A stretch of 62,622 bases of DNA from Octopus bimaculoides (lineage: Eukaryota): positions 14,771,909-14,834,530 of the forward strand of contig NC_069005.1 in assembly GCF_001194135.2 (NCBI RefSeq). Direction: 5' to 3'. The notes under the pieces were generated by a model. That model made no database searches and was not told the DNA's origin. It saw nothing but the letters and a program-made list of their open reading frames with translations. Shown here in pieces: positions 11,956 through 24,305 of this stretch. Every line of letters starts with the position of its first letter. Positions within the stretch are counted from its first letter, which is position 1. The translations under genes were made by a program, and so were the position numbers.

Positions 11956-12590
11956 TTACCTCTTCCAAGGAAGGAGGTTATGTTTTTTTCATCAGCATTG
12001 GTTTGTCCATCTGTGTGCAAAATAACTCAAAAGGTTGTAAAACAGTATTTGATGAAACTTGCAGGAAAAGTTGGTAATGACACAAGGAACAGATGACGAA
12101 ATTTCGGTAGTGATCCGGGAATTTCTATGGATTCTTGAAGGATTTTTCATTTCTTATATTTACTTTACATGAAGTATTACAATGTTACGTTCTTTGATTA
12201 TTTCCCTTGAAAACACATTCATCGTTTCAATGTAACCTATGGTGGCGTTGCTGTTTCCAAAGTTTATTTTCATTTCTCTATTAGTAATTTTACTGACGTT
12301 GTGTGCGTATCACTCAAGTTTTAGGTAATTGTTGTTTCTTTTTGGTTGTATGGTGAAACTAGTTTACTGTTGTCATTGATGTATTATAACTCCTTCAGAT
12401 GATTCCTGTTTTTAAAGTTTAAAAAAAAAAAAAATCATATGGCTGTGTTATTTTTTTTTTAACCCTGCCAAGGAGGTTATGTTTTTGCCGGCGTTGGTTT
12501 AGGAAATTGGGCGATTTTTCAGCCTGCATGTATATGGGTGGAAATGAGCTGCTTGATGAAGGTCTGCGCTCTCCGAGTACTTTTCTAGTT
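11956..12590 (+). mobile_element. Helentron/Helitron-like non-autonomous element (HINE-type), with a duplicated or nested 5' end
   Basis: Begins TTACCTCTTCCAAGG..GGTTATGTTTT; second start AACCCTGCCAAGGAGGTTATGTTTTT at ~12461; ends GGTCTGCGCTCTCCGAGTACTTTTCTAGTT. These ends resemble known Helentron-associated elements. Confidence 0.55.
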
Positions 12591-13895
12591 GCTAAAAGTG
12601 AGCAAATTCCACTGAGGTCAACTTTGCCTTTCATCCCTCCAGGGTCAACAAAATAAAGTATTAATCAAATACTAAGATGGATGTTATTAACAGTGGTCGC
12701 TCTCTCAAAATATATATTATTTTCAAATTTTGGCACAAGGCCAGCAATTTTGGGGGAGGAGGTAAGTTGATTACATTGATGCCAGTGTTCAACTGGTACA
12801 TATTTTATCAACCCCAAAAGGATGAAAGGCAAAGTTGACCTTGATGAAATTTGATCTCAGAACATAAGGATGGACAATGTATCACTATTTCCCTCGAAAT
12901 ATATATTCTCTTGAATCAACATCCAGAATACATTATTGGTGGTGGACTGGTAGAATCGTTAGCACACTAAGCAAAATATTAGTGGTATTTTATCCGTCTT
13001 TGTGTTCTGAGTTCAAATTCTGCTGTGGTCAACTTTGCCTTTCATCCTTTCATGGTCAATGAAATAAGGACTAGTATCCCTTGCCCTGAAACTGATGGCC
13101 TTGTGCCAAAATTTGAAATCGCTATTATTGCTAAAAGAGAGCAGTGAACTGGCAGAGTCGTTAGCATGCTGGGCCAAATGCTTAGTAACGTTTCATCAGT
13201 CTACATTCTGAGTTCAAATTCTGCTGAAAATGACTTTGCTTTTCATCCTTTTGGGGTCAATGAAATAAGTACCAGTTGAGAACTGGGGTCGATGTATCCC
13301 TTCCCCCCAAATTTCAGGCCTTGTGCCTATGACAGAAAGTATTATTATTGCTAAAAGAGATCAAATCCCACTTAGGTCAACTTCACTTTTTATCCCTCCA
13401 GAGTTGACAAAAAGTACCAATCAAATACTGAGATGTATGTTATTAACTGTGATTTCTCTCTCTCTCAAAATTTATATTGCTTTGTATCAACTGCCAGAAA
13501 TAATTTCTATTACTAACAGCAAGATGGCAAGCTGGCAGAATCATTAGAGTGTTGGTAAAAAAAATGCTTTGTAGTATTTCTTCTGATTCAGGTTCTGAGT
13601 TCAAATTCTGCTGAGGCTGACTTTGCCTTTTATCCTCTCAAGGTCAATAAAACAAGTATTGGTTGAGCACTAGAGTCAATATAATCGACTCCCCCACAAA
13701 AAAAATTTCAGGCCTTATGCCATAATTTGAAATGATTATTATTGCTGAAAGAGATCAAATCCCATTGAGGTGAACTTTGCCTTTCGTTCCTCCAGGGTCA
13801 GCAAAATAATGTACCAGTCAAGTACTTAGGTGGATGTAATTTACTGTGGTTTCTCTTAAAATATAGGTTGCCTTGTACCAACTGCCAGAAATCAT
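12591..13895 (+). repeat. Tandem array of full and truncated SINE family B units
   Basis: Repeated TTCTGAGTTCAAATTCTGCTG..GTCAACTTTGCCTTTCATCC bodies (one inverted at 12720-12870), joined by recurrent TTATTGCTAAAAGA. Confidence 0.8.
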
Positions 13896-14345
13896 TCATC
13901 ATCATCATCATCATTATCTTTTAACATCTGCTTTCCATGTTGGCATGGGTTGGATGGTTTGACAATTGGAGCCTGGCCAGCTGGAGCACTGGCCAGGCTC
14001 CAATTGTCTGCTTTGGCATCGTTTCTATGGCTGGATGCCCTTCCTAATGCCAACCACTTCAAGAGTGTACTGGGTGCATGGCCCCAGCACAAGTGCATTT
14101 TATGGAACACTGACATGGGTGCACTTCATGTGGCACTGGCAGGAGTGCATTTTACATGGCACCAGCACCTGCAAGACAAAGACTTCTTGGCTGGGAGAGG
14201 GAGTGGGGCCACAGAAATAAGGGGCATGCCAGTATGTATGGATAGCTTTGATTTTACTTAGCTTGACATATTTTCTCAAGTACAGCAAATCGCCACAAGT
14301 CCCAGTCCCTTGTAATCTTCTCTGTGAGGTCCAGTATCTGAAGAT
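13895..14345 (-). mobile_element. RTE 3' end/tail
   Basis: CATCATCATC...CCATGTTGGCATGG...GGCTGGATGCCCTTCCTAATGCCAACCACT...GCTTGACATATTTTCTCAAG. Confidence 0.8.
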
Positions 14346-14369
14346 CCTTTATCACCACTTTATTGCTAA

Positions 14370-14570
14370 AAGAAAGGTAGCAGACTGACGGAATAGTTAG
14401 CATGCCAGACAAAAAGCTTTATGTCTTATGTTCAACTGCTTCCAAAGTGAACTTTGTCTTTTGTCCTTTGGAGGCTGATAAAATAAGTTGCAGCCAAGTA
14501 CAGGGGTCAGTGTAATCAACGTGCCCCATCCCCTAAAAATTACTGGCCTTATACTAAAATTAGAAAGAAC
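14370..14570 (+). mobile_element. SINE family B, decayed
   Basis: GAATAGTTAGCATGCCAGACAAAA...AACTTTGTCTTTTGTCCTTT...GGCCTTATACTAAAATTAGAAAG. Confidence 0.6.
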
Positions 14571-14864
14571 TGTTGTAAAAAGAAATACTCAGGACCTGGG
14601 TTGGTTGATATTGGAGTTATCCCCCTTGCTAATTCATGTTGAATTGTAAACGCTTGAAGGAGATTTTATCTACTCATTGCATGGATAATTTCAGTTAACC
14701 CAAGTTTTTAAAACTCACCATGTTATTTATGTGAGACCTTGTCATCTTTTATTATTCTTTTTTGTCCTAGTCAGTGGATTGTGGCCACGCTGGGGCACCA
14801 TTTAGAAGAGTTTTGTAGAACAAATCAGCCCCAGTATTTATTTTAAGTCTGGCACCTATTCTAT

Positions 14865-15710
14865 CCATAGAGTAATACTGGTCAGACCAATGTCTGAACT
14901 GCTTCAGCTTCCTTTTGTGGCCTATATTTTTGATTCCCCATACCTTTGTTAGATTGTAGAATGTTCTCTGGGCTTTGGATATTCTGTTCTCTATATTGTC
15001 AATTCCTCACCTGTCTTTCTTGACTGTTGCTCTGAGGTAAACAAATTCTTTGATGTCTTCCACCTTATTGTTGCCAATTCTCACATAAACTTCTTGTCTG
15101 GAATTATTCCTTAGTGTTTTACATTTTTTTAGGTTGAGTTTAAAGTCAATTCTGTCAACATTCTCTGCCAGTCTGTGTTTTGTTCTGGATGTGTTTATGA
15201 GGTTCCATATAATGCCTTGTAAGGTTCCATATAATGTCATTCCCATGCCTTTTTTGTTGTTTTTCACATGATCCAGTCTGTCACAATGAGAAACAGGAAG
15301 CCTGATATAACTGGAGATTGACAAAAATGGAAGAAAAAACAATGGACAGTTTCCCATTCACATTCTTAAGGGGAATACTCAACAAAGAGTCTGAAATGAT
15401 ACAGTTGAGATGGCAAAGGGCATCAACAGGATCAGTGATGAAATAAAATGCAGATGGTGGAACTAGGTTGGATGAGTCCTCGGACAATATCAAGAAAGCA
15501 ATTGTATGGTGGCACTAAAGTGGCAGCCTGAGGGGAAACAGAGCTATAGGGCACACTAAAACCACATGGCAAAGGACCATTCACAAGGAAAGGAATCAAG
15601 AAGGGTGGAAGAGTTGGAATGAGACCAGAACAATGGCAGAAAACAGAACTGGCTGGAGAGATCATGTTACAATCTTGTGTGCCTCATATCATGGAAAGAA
15701 CTTACTAACT
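14865..15710. mobile_element. Second RTE-clade LINE family with an inverted 5' segment
   Basis: Minus 15308->14865 encodes SGFLFLIV...RLAENVDRIDFKLNLKKCK...EFVYL...RPVLLYG. Plus 15308->15710 encodes TWRLTKMEEK...ALKWQPEGK..., the next part of the ORF. Confidence 0.75.
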
Positions 15711-15966
15711 TATTGTCAGGTGTGTGCTTGCTGAAGCACTAAGTTACAAGGATGTAAACATACCAGCATCAGTTGTGAAGCACTGGGAGACAAACACACA
15801 CACTTGATAGACTTCCACACAGTTTCCTCAACCAAATTCACTCACAAGGAATTGGTTGATCCAGAGCCATAATAGAAGACATTTGACCAGCTTGCTGTGC
15901 ACAGAAGCAAATTGTTGATGCACTTAATCAGCACCAGTACATTCCAAATAAATATATGTATGTGCA

Positions 15967-16184
15967 TATGATGGGGTGCTGAAAAGTTCCTGGCTTTGGG
16001 TAAAAGAAAATACAGAAGGATCAGTTAATTATGATTTTATCCAACATAGTCCCCTCTCAGATTTACACACTAATTACAGTGGTCCTTCAGTTTTCCTAAG
16101 CCCTGTAAAACTCAGAAGATTGGGCCTCCACCCAGGCCTTTCAGGATACCCTTAAAGTCAGGAACTTTTCAGCACCCCCTCATA
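15967..16184 (-). mobile_element. Mariner-type MITE
   Basis: TA-flanked TIRs TATGATGGGGTGCTGAAAAGTTCCTGGCTTT / AAAGTCAGGAACTTTTCAGCACCCCCTCATA; second copy at 56348-56571. Confidence 0.85.
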
Positions 16185-16677
16185 TGTATATATGTATGTA
16201 AGTACGTTAGTCAAATCATCATTTAACATCTGTTTTCTATGTTAGCATATGTTGGATGGTTCAACAGGAACTGACAAGAAAAAGGACTACACTGAGCTCC
16301 AGTATCTGCTTTGGTATAGTTTCTATAGTGGATGCCCTCCCTAATGCCAACAACTTCACGAAGTGTGCTAGATATTTTTCTTTTTTACATGGCGCTGACA
16401 CTAATGATGTCAGCAAATACTCACAAGACAAGATCTCCCCAACCGAGAGTTGGTGTAATATTAAAGGAGGTGAAAGATGATAGAGGGTTTTACTAACATG
16501 ATAAATAGAACTCAAAACACCACTGTATGTATCTGTATATATTTTTTAATCATCAAAGGTTACAAAGTGTGTGTGTATCTATCTATCCATCTAACCTCCC
16601 CACCCACCATTCTTGGGACGGTCATGGGAGGAGAGTCTTCAAGTACTTCTCTATAGGGTCCTATTAGAAGCAATGTG

Positions 16678-17000
16678 AAGGTGCATGGCTTAGTGGTTAG
16701 GGTATTCAGCTCATGATTGTAAGGTCATGAGTTCGATTGCCAGGGGCATGTTGTGACCTTGAGCAAGACACTTTATTTCATGTTGCTCCTGTTCACTCAG
16801 CTGGCAAAAATGAGTACTACCTAAATTTCAAAGGGCCAATTTTATCACATTCTGTATGATGCTGACTCTCCTTGAGAATTACATTAAGGGTATGCATGTT
16901 GGTAGAGTGCATAGCCACTTGCAAGTTAATTTCACAATTAGGCTGTTGCTTTGATTGGACCAACCAGAACACTCATCACTGTTATGAATGGAGTACCAGT
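16678..17000 (+). mobile_element. tRNA-derived SINE family C variant
   Basis: Head GGTGCATGGCTTAGTGGTTAGGG...GAGTTCGATTGCC (pol III A/B boxes), then TTGAGCAAGACACTTTATTTCATGTTGCTCC. 3' fragments of this variant also at ~4755-4875 (-) and ~18705-18795. Confidence 0.75.
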
Positions 17001-17404
17001 TAGTTATCAGAAGCAACAGTCATTACACTTTCCAGATGGATTCACAATTGTGACCAATCAAGACTATGAATATTATTCAGAATCTTGTTCTTGTTCTACT
17101 CCCAGATCTCCTACCAGTCGGCTCAGCTTGACGAATCCATCTTGCAATTCTTTCTCGCAACATTCTAATTACATGTTCATAGTATTAGAGCTGTGACTTC
17201 TCAATGCATGCATATTATGAATGTGTATAATTATGTGTGCCTGTATGGATATATTTGTACATATGTGTCCATGTGTGTATATGTATGTGTAGTAAAATAT
17301 GCATGCATGTGTATGTGTGAGTGAATACTCATTTTGTATTTTCCTTCCTGTTTTTAGTTTTGTATTTATTTTTCCATTTATTGAACTGCTTAAAGAGTAG
17401 ACTA

Positions 17405-17600
17405 TTTGAAAGAAATATACATGCAGGTGTGTCTGTGAGGGAAGAAGCTTTCTTCCCAACCATATGGTATGGTTCCAGGTTCGGTCCCACTGCATGACAC
17501 CTTGGGCAAATGTCTTCTACTATAGCATCAGGCCGACCAAACCCTTGTGAGTGAATTTGGTAGACAGAAACTGAAGAAGCCTGCTGTATGTATATATATA
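17405..17600 (+). mobile_element. SINE family A head
   Basis: GGTTCCAGGTTCGGTCCCACTGCATGACACCTTGGGCAAATGTCTTCTACTATAGC. Confidence 0.8.
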
Positions 17601-17639
17601 TATATATTAGCAGAGATACCTGGCTTTTCTTGGAATTAA

Positions 17640-17935
17640 AATGGCATAGTTTGTGTATATTCACTGTCCTGTACTTGTTAACACTTTCACCATCCGCAAA
17701 AAATTCCAAATTTTATTTAATTTGCTTTGTGGGAAGGACTGTTCCAACGAAGTCGTATATTGTCCTTGCCTTCAAAATGCGGAGTAGATGGAACAGGGAC
17801 AACTGACGAAGGGTCATACTCTTTATGTGGCATGTCTCGTTTCTGTTTGTCTTTTTTTCATTGTTCAAAAAAAGTTCATTTTCTGTTTTCCTTTCTCGTC
17901 GTGTTTAAGGTTTTTTTTGATGTCCTGTACCCATA
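17640..17935. mobile_element. Second copy of the unclassified ~300 bp repeat, reverse of 1435-1730
   Basis: ORFs 1245..1643(-) and 17727..18062(+) give near-identical translations (GLFQRSR.LSLPSK...GTGTTDEG). Confidence 0.7.
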
Positions 17936-18014
17936 TATGCATACATATAGATGTAGGTATGTACATATATGTATGGATATATGCATATATCTATATATCA
18001 TTTATATTCATCAT

Positions 18015-18370
18015 CATTATCATCATTGCTTAATGTCCGTTTTCCATGCTAGCATGGGTTGAACGATTTGACTGAGGACTGGTGAACCAGATGGCTACAC
18101 CAGGCTCCAATCTGATTTGGCAGTTTCTACAGCTGGATGCCCTTCCTAACACCAACCACTCCGAGAGTGTAGTGGGTGCTTTTACGTGCCACCGGCACAA
18201 AGGCCAGTAAGGCAGTACTGGCAATGGCCATGCTCAAAATGGTGTATTTTATGTGCCACCTGCACAGGAGCCAGTCCAGTGGCACTGGCAACGGTCTCGC
18301 TCGAATGTCTTTACATGTGACACCGGCACAAGTGCCAGGAAGGCGACGCTGGGCACAGGTGCCATCACGA
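18015..18370 (-). mobile_element. RTE 3' UTR/tail, little diverged
   Basis: Reverse complement of 39890-40205. Confidence 0.85.
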
Positions 18371-19029
18371 TTGAAACAGGTGATACGGGAAAGTGCAGCA
18401 TTGATGACAAAACATTTGTGGAGTAAATAATGGGCTAATTCGACTAAGCGACATGTCATGCCTCTGTTTGAAGTGTTCCAGGCCCTAACCGGTCATTGAA
18501 ATTGTGGGTTATGTAATTTTTGAATGCACTGAATAGCTGTCAGTGGATATACTTTCCTTTGCAGCAGCTGGCCCATTGTCTGAAGTTTTAACACCTCCTT
18601 CAGGTTTGTTGTCCTACATCACTCAAGAAGTAAATTTGGAGGAAATGTAGTCGTAACAGGGAAGCAATGAGCTGATAGACTTTCCCTTGAACTTTGAACG
18701 TTGGTTCACTTGCAGGTTAGTTTCACAAGCAGGCTGTTCCGTTAATTGGATCAACTGGAACCCTCGATGTCGTAAGCGACGGAGTGCCAACAACTCTCCT
18801 GATGTCCTTTCAATATTTTAAGTGGATTAATAAATATTAAACAGCCCCTGCTTCAGAAATGTATTAATTTGAATTTATTAAACACCCTTCAGTTCTTTAC
18901 TTTTCAAAGTTTATTCTATATCTTAAATATATATCTAAGCTGTCTCCAGAAAACTAGGCCACTTCTAGTTCCGATTTTGATGGATATTTGGTCTGGTACT
19001 GTATATATTGATTACTTCCAAATTCTTGG

Positions 19030-19335
19030 TGAAGGCACATCACTCAATGGTGAGGTTGTGAGTTCAATTCCTGGACCAGGCTGTGTTGTGTTCTTGAGCA
19101 AGACACCTTGTTTCATGTTGCTCCAGTTGACTCAGCTGCAGAAATGAGTTGTGACATTACTGGTACTGGTGCCAAGCTGTATTAGCCTTTGCCTTTCCCT
19201 TGGATAACATCAGTGGTGTGGAGAGGGGAGGCTGGTATGCAGGTCTTCCATAAACAGCCTTGCCTGGACTTGTGCCTTGGAAGGGAACTCTCCAGATGCA
19301 ATCTCATGGTTATTCATGACCAAAGGGCTGTCTCT
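19030..19335 (+). mobile_element. SINE family C
   Basis: Colinear with 44241-44586. Confidence 0.8.
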
Positions 19336-19609
19336 CTCTAACTTTTGCCAACTGAAAAGAATGTTTTCTTAAGGAGGTCTGGTAAGTCAGAAACATGTCT
19401 GTTGCTGTAACCAGTTGGTTTCAAAGACACGATCCCTTCTGATCTGTATCATCACTTATTTTCAAACTTTTTCAGTTGGTTGATTTTATTAAATATCTTG
19501 AGAAGTGGATCATGATTAGCTGATTGCACAGATAATCCCAGGTCATCAAAGTTTTCTCACTTTACATATCTGAGATCCAATTGTCTTTGTGTTTACTATG
19601 TTGAGTAAA

Positions 19610-19990
19610 TAGTGCTGGTATGGCTGTGAGGGTAAGAAATTTGCTTTGCAGCCATGTGGTTTCAAGTTCAATCCAACTGCAAGGCACTTTGGGGCAAAAG
19701 TCTATATAACCCCAGGCTGACCAAAATACCTTATGAGTGAATTCAGTTAATGTAAATTGAAAAGAAACCTGTCATGCCCCCCTCCTCAATACATATATGT
19801 ATAAACACACGTATGTGTGTGTAAGGGCATATTTATATATGAATGTGTGTCTCCTGCCTTGTCTTGACATCACATACTAATTGTAAACAGATATCACCAT
19901 GATGCACACACTATCATTTATTTGCAATCTCCATGAAATGTCAAAACGAGGGTAAAATATCACCTTTCTTAGAAACAGTTGAGGATTCGT
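19610..19990 (+). mobile_element. Composite SINE: family A head with an alternative tail
   Basis: Head TGGCTGTGAGGGTAAGAAATTTGCTTTGCAGCCATGTGG...; tail GTCTTGACATC...AATATCACCTTTCTTAGAAACAG as in 42930-43200. Confidence 0.55.
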
Positions 19991-22900
19991 GATGCGTAGA
20001 GTGAGTTTTTTTTTTTGTGTATGATCTTTGCTGTGAAGATTTTAAAGTTTTATACTCAGAAATTTTGTATGAAGTATGTTGGGCCATGTTGTATGATATT
20101 TGAAAGTATTTTATTTTGATGGTTGGGAGATGTTGTTTGATGATTGTATGATTATATTTGATGAAGTGTTTTGTGATGTATGTTGGGAAATGATGGATTT
20201 ATTCCATCATCCGCCACAAGTTTTTAGACAACTAGTCAAAAATATCAATAATTGATGTCTTATCACTAACACAGCTTAATGTCCTTGGCCAAGTCATTTA
20301 ACTTTCATTCGACCAGTCTGCTTAAGCTGTCATGCAGTCAAGTCAGTACAGTAAAGCTTAGTATTGGGCACAGCTTTAAACTGCATTCAGTTGTGGGGTC
20401 CTGGCTTGGAAGTTCCAAGGGTTTGAGGAGTGTAGAACCACCTCCAGTTCCTGGATCTAATCTGACCTGGAGTAGTAGCACCTATCAGGGTCCCAACAAT
20501 GAGTTAATTAGCATATCAGGGCTTGCCCACCAATGCATGTGAAGACTAGATCCAGCAGACTTCACAGAAGCCTTCATGTTGCAATGGAGGGGACGGTAGC
20601 TGCAACAATATATTGTGGTGAGCAGAGAATAAGATGAGGCAAGACATGGTCTGCATCCATCTCCATCTTCACTTGTCTTGACCTAGTGTTGCCACTGGGT
20701 TAAAGATGGTCACAGATGGGAAAGTGAGGTTGATGGTAACACGTCTTTCCTTCAAAGTCACTGAGCAAGTCATTAGTCATCCTCAAGGATGTCTAGATGG
20801 TCTAGCAGACGAACATGAAGGTAAAGCTTACTTCTTCAGGGAGAAGGGGTTTATATTTTGTTAGCTGAGATCAACCTTTCTTTCCATCCTTCACAAGTCA
20901 ATAAAGTACCAGTCTAAAGCAATGAATTGGTAGAATCATTAGATCATTGGACAAGATATCTTGCAGGGTTTTTTCTGCATTCAGACTAGGTCTCCAGTTT
21001 AAGGGCATACCTTCCTCTCTCCCTTTCACTGGTTTTGAAGGCCCTGTGTAAGACCATAGGCACAGCCCTTCCTAGAGCCTAAGCAATAAGAAAAGAAGCT
21101 GGTGAAGATAATAGGATCCTGAATATTCTGAAAATGTTTCCCCAAATATCATGAAGTTTTTATGTCACAAAAACCATTCTTTTTAATTGTTGTTGAGTTT
21201 ATGCTTGTTTTGGAAAATTTTTCCTGAATTTCTCCAGAGTGCAGTTTGGCCTTTATCAATTCCAAAATTGGTTGGTCTTTCTATGAATTTTATAAAGAGT
21301 TATGTTTTGTTTTCTTTAAGAGTTTTTGTTCCTTTATTTGGATGTTCTTGAAGGTGGGGTACTGGTGATCAAACTGGAAAATGTCTTTGGGGACATTCAA
21401 AGAAATAACAGTGAAGAAGGTAGAAATATTGATTTATTACTTGACCCTATCACAAGGTCACACTCCTTTCTAATTTTCAAAAGAATTTCATTACTGAAAT
21501 TTATTTTCAGTGTAATGTTCATAACAATTCTTTAGTGTCACTTTACATGCGGTCGACTTGACCATTTACACTTTAACATGCTAACTCTAACCTCTATCTT
21601 AAACCTGAACATTAATTCTAACCATAACACTGATCCTTATTAGGTAATTTCACAGCATAGACTATGGATACTGCAGTAGATCACATGCTAAAGTAGCACC
21701 AATTTTTCTAAGTCACCTAAGTTGCTACCATTTAGTTCTCATGTAAGTAAATTAATTGCAGCATGCAGTAAAGTCTTTTATCCAGATACTCAACAAAATG
21801 CCTGCAGTGCAGTGGAAATTACAAACTGGGAGTTGGTATATCGATACTTATGTCCATTCAACCAGTTCGCCTTTGATATGGGATCTTTTCTTGAAGGCCA
21901 AAATGTGAGGAAATATGTTTTTAATTCTCTGGTGGTGGTGAGGAAAACAAAGCTCAATACTTTAATACATTTAGTTTGGTGAGCTGTAGTTTTATTCATT
22001 TTCATGCTTCTGATAGGCTTGGAATATTGATAAAACAAAAATAAACCAGCAAAAGTTTTAAAAAGAAATTAATCCAGGGCATAAGAAATTTAGGTGTATA
22101 TATCTACATATAAACTTTTAAATGCGCTCTCACAATAACAGCACCTTTGTAATAGCTGGATTACGACTTGAATTGGAATTTATCTCATCCAGTTACCTAA
22201 ACCATTTCAACCTCAATGATGGACAGGCACGAGACCAGAGAGGGATGGTGAAAGAAAATACGAACACTTCAATTTCACCTCAAAGGTATGCAAGACGGAA
22301 TTTTGAAAAAATTGTATTGTAATATTACCGGTATCTAGAAGGTATTCATTTACATTCCAGTCTTTTATAGAATCGTTGTTATTAATTGTTTAGATGTTAA
22401 ATGGCAGAACGCGGGTCAAAATATCTTGCGGTATTTACGTTACGTTTCATTTCATTCTGAGTTCAAATCCCGTCGGTGTCAACTACCCCTTGCAGTTTGT
22501 TTGATAAACTTCAGACCCATAATATTCAGTACCCGCTTCCAAAGTTTATTTAACCTTGTGTTGTTATGAGAAATCACGAAGGGATAAGTAACGGAAAAGT
22601 GTGCTGGACAAAATGCGTTACGACTCAAAATTTTGATTCGCAGTTATAACTATCGATGAACGTTCTTTGAAAAAGCATAACTGTCGCAACTTCACATTTC
22701 TCCACCCACAAAAAAGCGAGCCCTTGTGCCTCTATTATATCTATTTCTATGTCAGGGAAAAAAATTAAATGTTTTGTTTAAAACAATGTTGAGACATCTA
22801 TTACTGTATATTGGAAAGAGTTTTATTATTTTGAACGAATTCCATTTTTTTCTTTATTAAAAGGTACATGAAAAATAGATATGTATGCATTTTAAAAAAT

Positions 22901-24213
22901 AGGCAGTCCGTTACGTATATTCAACAATATTTGGGTACAATGCTATTTCTAATCTGATGGTTGGAAGATGAATCTAGGTTTTAGACGCTAACAGATCCAA
23001 TGAGAAATCAAATAATGAAGTTTTAGAAAAAACAAATTTACTAATTAATCCAAGAGCAATCATAATATGTTACTATTAAAATGAAAAGAAAAATATAAAT
23101 GCACAAATTGAATGAAAATCCAGATATGAATAAGTATATATAGGTACATGTATATAACAAAAACAAAAAAAGATTATTTCATTAGTGTACGAAAGTGTAT
23201 AAAAGTCAAGTAAACTAATCTCTAAACACATGTGGAGTTGAAGGTCATAAATTCGTTATAGGTAACGATGCAAAAATTAAAGGGAAGGATTAAGTTTTAC
23301 AGGTAAGAAGTCTGGCAATAATTTTAGTGGACGACTCATCAACAGGTTTCATACTGCTTAACGTTGTCAGTGACTAGGTCGCAGTTTCGAGCTACGAAAT
23401 CTTTGATAATATATTACAAACAATAAATGTTGAAATAAAGTTAAATCTTTGCATGTTTGAATGGCTAACATGTGTCTTCCACGCCACAATCGTTTTTAGT
23501 TTCAACCCCACGGTCTCAGATAAAAATACTTGCCTGGCAAGTTACAACTTCGTAAACTGTAGTTTTGGTTTTCTTTTTTTGTAATAGTTAACTGATGATT
23601 AATTCTAACAGAAAACGAACTGAGGAACAATTTCTTAATGTATGTTAGCAATGTAAGATTCTTGTAATATTTATCAGCGAGTAAAAGAGTCATAAAATTC
23701 TGGTTCCGTTAATAGTGAAAGAAAGAAGGCAGCCTATAAAATTTGTTACGGCGGCAGAACCACAACAAAACTCTTTAAAACTACCTGAAATTGGGAGCAA
23801 AACAAGCCACATTTATACGCAAATAAGGCTGCTAACTATATGAGAAAACTATTTCTTTGAAGAAACAAACACTGAAATAAATAACTGTAAATTTTTTAAA
23901 ATAAATATTAAAAAACTGTAATTTACATATTTCGAGAAAAAATTTTTTTTTATATATAATCGTTTAGTTTTATTTATATTTTTAAATTACATATTTTTAT
24001 CCGTTAATCAGACTAACTCAGCAGCTTTTTTGTTGCTTTTGTAATTTTATTACTTTTTTTTTTTTTTTGCTGAATTCTAAAACGAGACTCCTCCTCCTCC
24101 TGCTCCTGTTGCCCCTCCTCCTCCTCCCACTTCTACTCGCGTGGGCAGTGTCGTCCATTAGAGACCTGTAGTAAAGACTTGAGCTTCTTTCCCAGACACA
24201 CACATAACACATT

Positions 24214-24305
24214 CTTAAAGGGGAAAAATAGGGGAAAGAAAGAGAAAGAGAGAGATAAATACCGGAGCATACATATATATATGTATATATATATAAATAA
24301 CATAC
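24214..24305 (-). other. Candidate 92-nt intron of a minus-strand transcript
   Basis: Minus strand CACAG|GTATGT donor; long pyrimidine tract (CTCTCTCTTTCTCTTTCTTTCCCCTATTTTTCCCCTT) ending TAAG|. Confidence 0.45.

Noticed and set aside
12591-13895. CRISPR-like repeat-spacer array
   Set aside because: Units are 150-220 bp SINE bodies in eukaryotic DNA, with no short constant repeat, unique spacers or cas genes.
16678-16760. tRNA genes (also 19030, 44241 and family A/B heads)
   Set aside because: A/B boxes are present, but there is no full cloverleaf and each continues into a SINE body.
20279-20900. GC-richer segment as an exon
   Set aside because: Stops in several frames and no splice pair; probably an old unclassified repeat.
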